This document shows positions 38,298 to 39,137 of a stretch of DNA of 39,137 bases, piece by piece. Positions within the stretch are counted from its first letter, which is position 1. Every line of letters begins with the position of its first letter. This DNA comes from Candidatus Brocadiia bacterium (GTDB taxonomy: Bacteria > Planctomycetota > Brocadiia > SM23-32), in NCBI GenBank assembly GCA_046538485.1, contig JBKHIT010000047.1, positions 1-39,137 on the forward strand, written 5' to 3'. The notes under the pieces were generated by a model that was not told where the DNA came from, did not search any database, and was given only the letters and a program-made list of their open reading frames with translations. The position numbers were made by a program, and so were the translations under genes.

Positions 38298-39137
38298 TCA
38301 CCACGTTGGTTCTCTATCTCTTAACGCTGCCGGTGCCTCGGGAGCTGCCATGACAGAATGATGCCACGAGAAACCGATCTGCCCCGACCAGGTAGCCGGT
38401 CCCCACTGATCACCCCATTTCGCATGACCATCCGCAAACAAGCAGTTTCCCCCCTGAGGATGCGCCGCAGTACCTGCATGCCGCACGTTTCCGCCCAACC
38501 CGGCAAACGTCCGCCCGTCCCATCCCGGCCAGCCACCATAGGCCGGGTAGGCTTCAGTACGCAGCGTTACGAGAGATGGGGCCGGGATATCGTTTAGCCT
38601 CCAGGACGGCGAATACAATCCATACAAGCCGTTCACCCAGTCTTTGGAACAACCTGACGGATGAAGCGGGGAATTCAAATTTATCGCCACCGCCACATCG
38701 GCCCGCCGCCACGGATTCAAATTGCTCGAATTGCACCACGATGCCCAGCTGTTCCGTCCGAAATATCCGCAGGAACCCGCATTGGCATGGCCTCGATACG
38801 CACAGTCCGGATCCGCCGTGCACCAGGGCGACATATCGCCGTATCCCTGCATGGCATAACCTCCCCCTTTTTGGCCATATTTATCGGGATCGTTGAGATA
38901 TGGGCGGTAATAATCGGGACAAAGCCAGACATGGGCACCGCCTGTGTAGGATTTGAGCTGGTCCCATTGGGTATCAGAGGTTAACAGACAAGGCCTGTCA
39001 ACACGCATCAGGGGTAGCCCTTCATTAAAATCCATGGCATAACCAGAATATGCCAGCCCTTGCTGTTTTATGTTGTTCATACAGACAACACGCCTCGCCC
39101 TGTCCCTCGCATCCTCCAGTGCGGGCATCAGCATGGC
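38298..39137 (-). CDS. DUF1559 / prepilin-type N-terminal cleavage, H-X9-DG domain protein (5' end outside window)
   Basis: MLMPALEDARDRARRVVCMNNIKQQGLA; C-terminal H-PQGGNCLFA-DG-H. Confidence 0.9.
   Translation of the reverse strand, partial: AMLMPALEDARDRARRVVCMNNIKQQGLAYSGYAMDFNEGLPLMRVDRPCLLTSDTQWDQLKSYTGGAHVWLCPDYYRPYLNDPDKYGQKGGGYAMQGYGDMSPWCTADPDCAYRGHANAGSCGYFGRNSWASWCNSSNLNPWRRADVAVAINLNSPLHPSGCSKDWVNGLYGLYSPSWRLNDIPAPSLVTLRTEAYPAYGGWPGWDGRTFAGLGGNVRHAGTAAHPQGGNCLFADGHAKWGDQWGPATWSGQIGFSWHHSVMAAPEAPAALRDREPTW

Noticed and set aside
1..39137. Prophage, integron, transposase, defence system, tRNA or rRNA
   Set aside because: No recognisable integrase, transposase, phage, nuclease/ATPase defence or structural RNA signatures

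Overview
Bacterial DNA, most likely from a Planctomycetota/PVC-group organism (DUF1559/H-X9-DG prepilin-like gene, TIGR03790 protein, many Cys-type sulfatases). Most of the window is an accessory carbohydrate and sulfate-ester catabolism region. It encodes 4 sulfatase loci (2 intact, 1 frameshifted, 1 gutted), an FGE/SUMF1-like protein, an arylsulfotransferase, a GH33 sialidase, a BNR-repeat protein, a heparinase II/III-like lyase, a GH36-like hydrolase, a PL11/FG-GAP-like protein, a beta-helix protein, a decayed GH95 fucosidase, and Gfo/Idh/MocA, FAD and aldo-keto oxidoreductases. Also present are hypA-hypB, fhs, a UroD/MtaA-like protein, an AT-richer formyltransferase and a membrane-anchored S8 protease. 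I found no rRNA, tRNA, CRISPR array, integrase or transposase. The most unusual signals are: (i) long intergenic spacers built as mosaics of shared REP-like hairpin modules that recur in different order, several with small inserts nested in their loops; (ii) pseudogenes eroded by large internal deletions that remove catalytic cores; (iii) essentially all glycan- and sulfate-processing enzymes lack signal peptides. All product calls come from motif recognition, not database searches.
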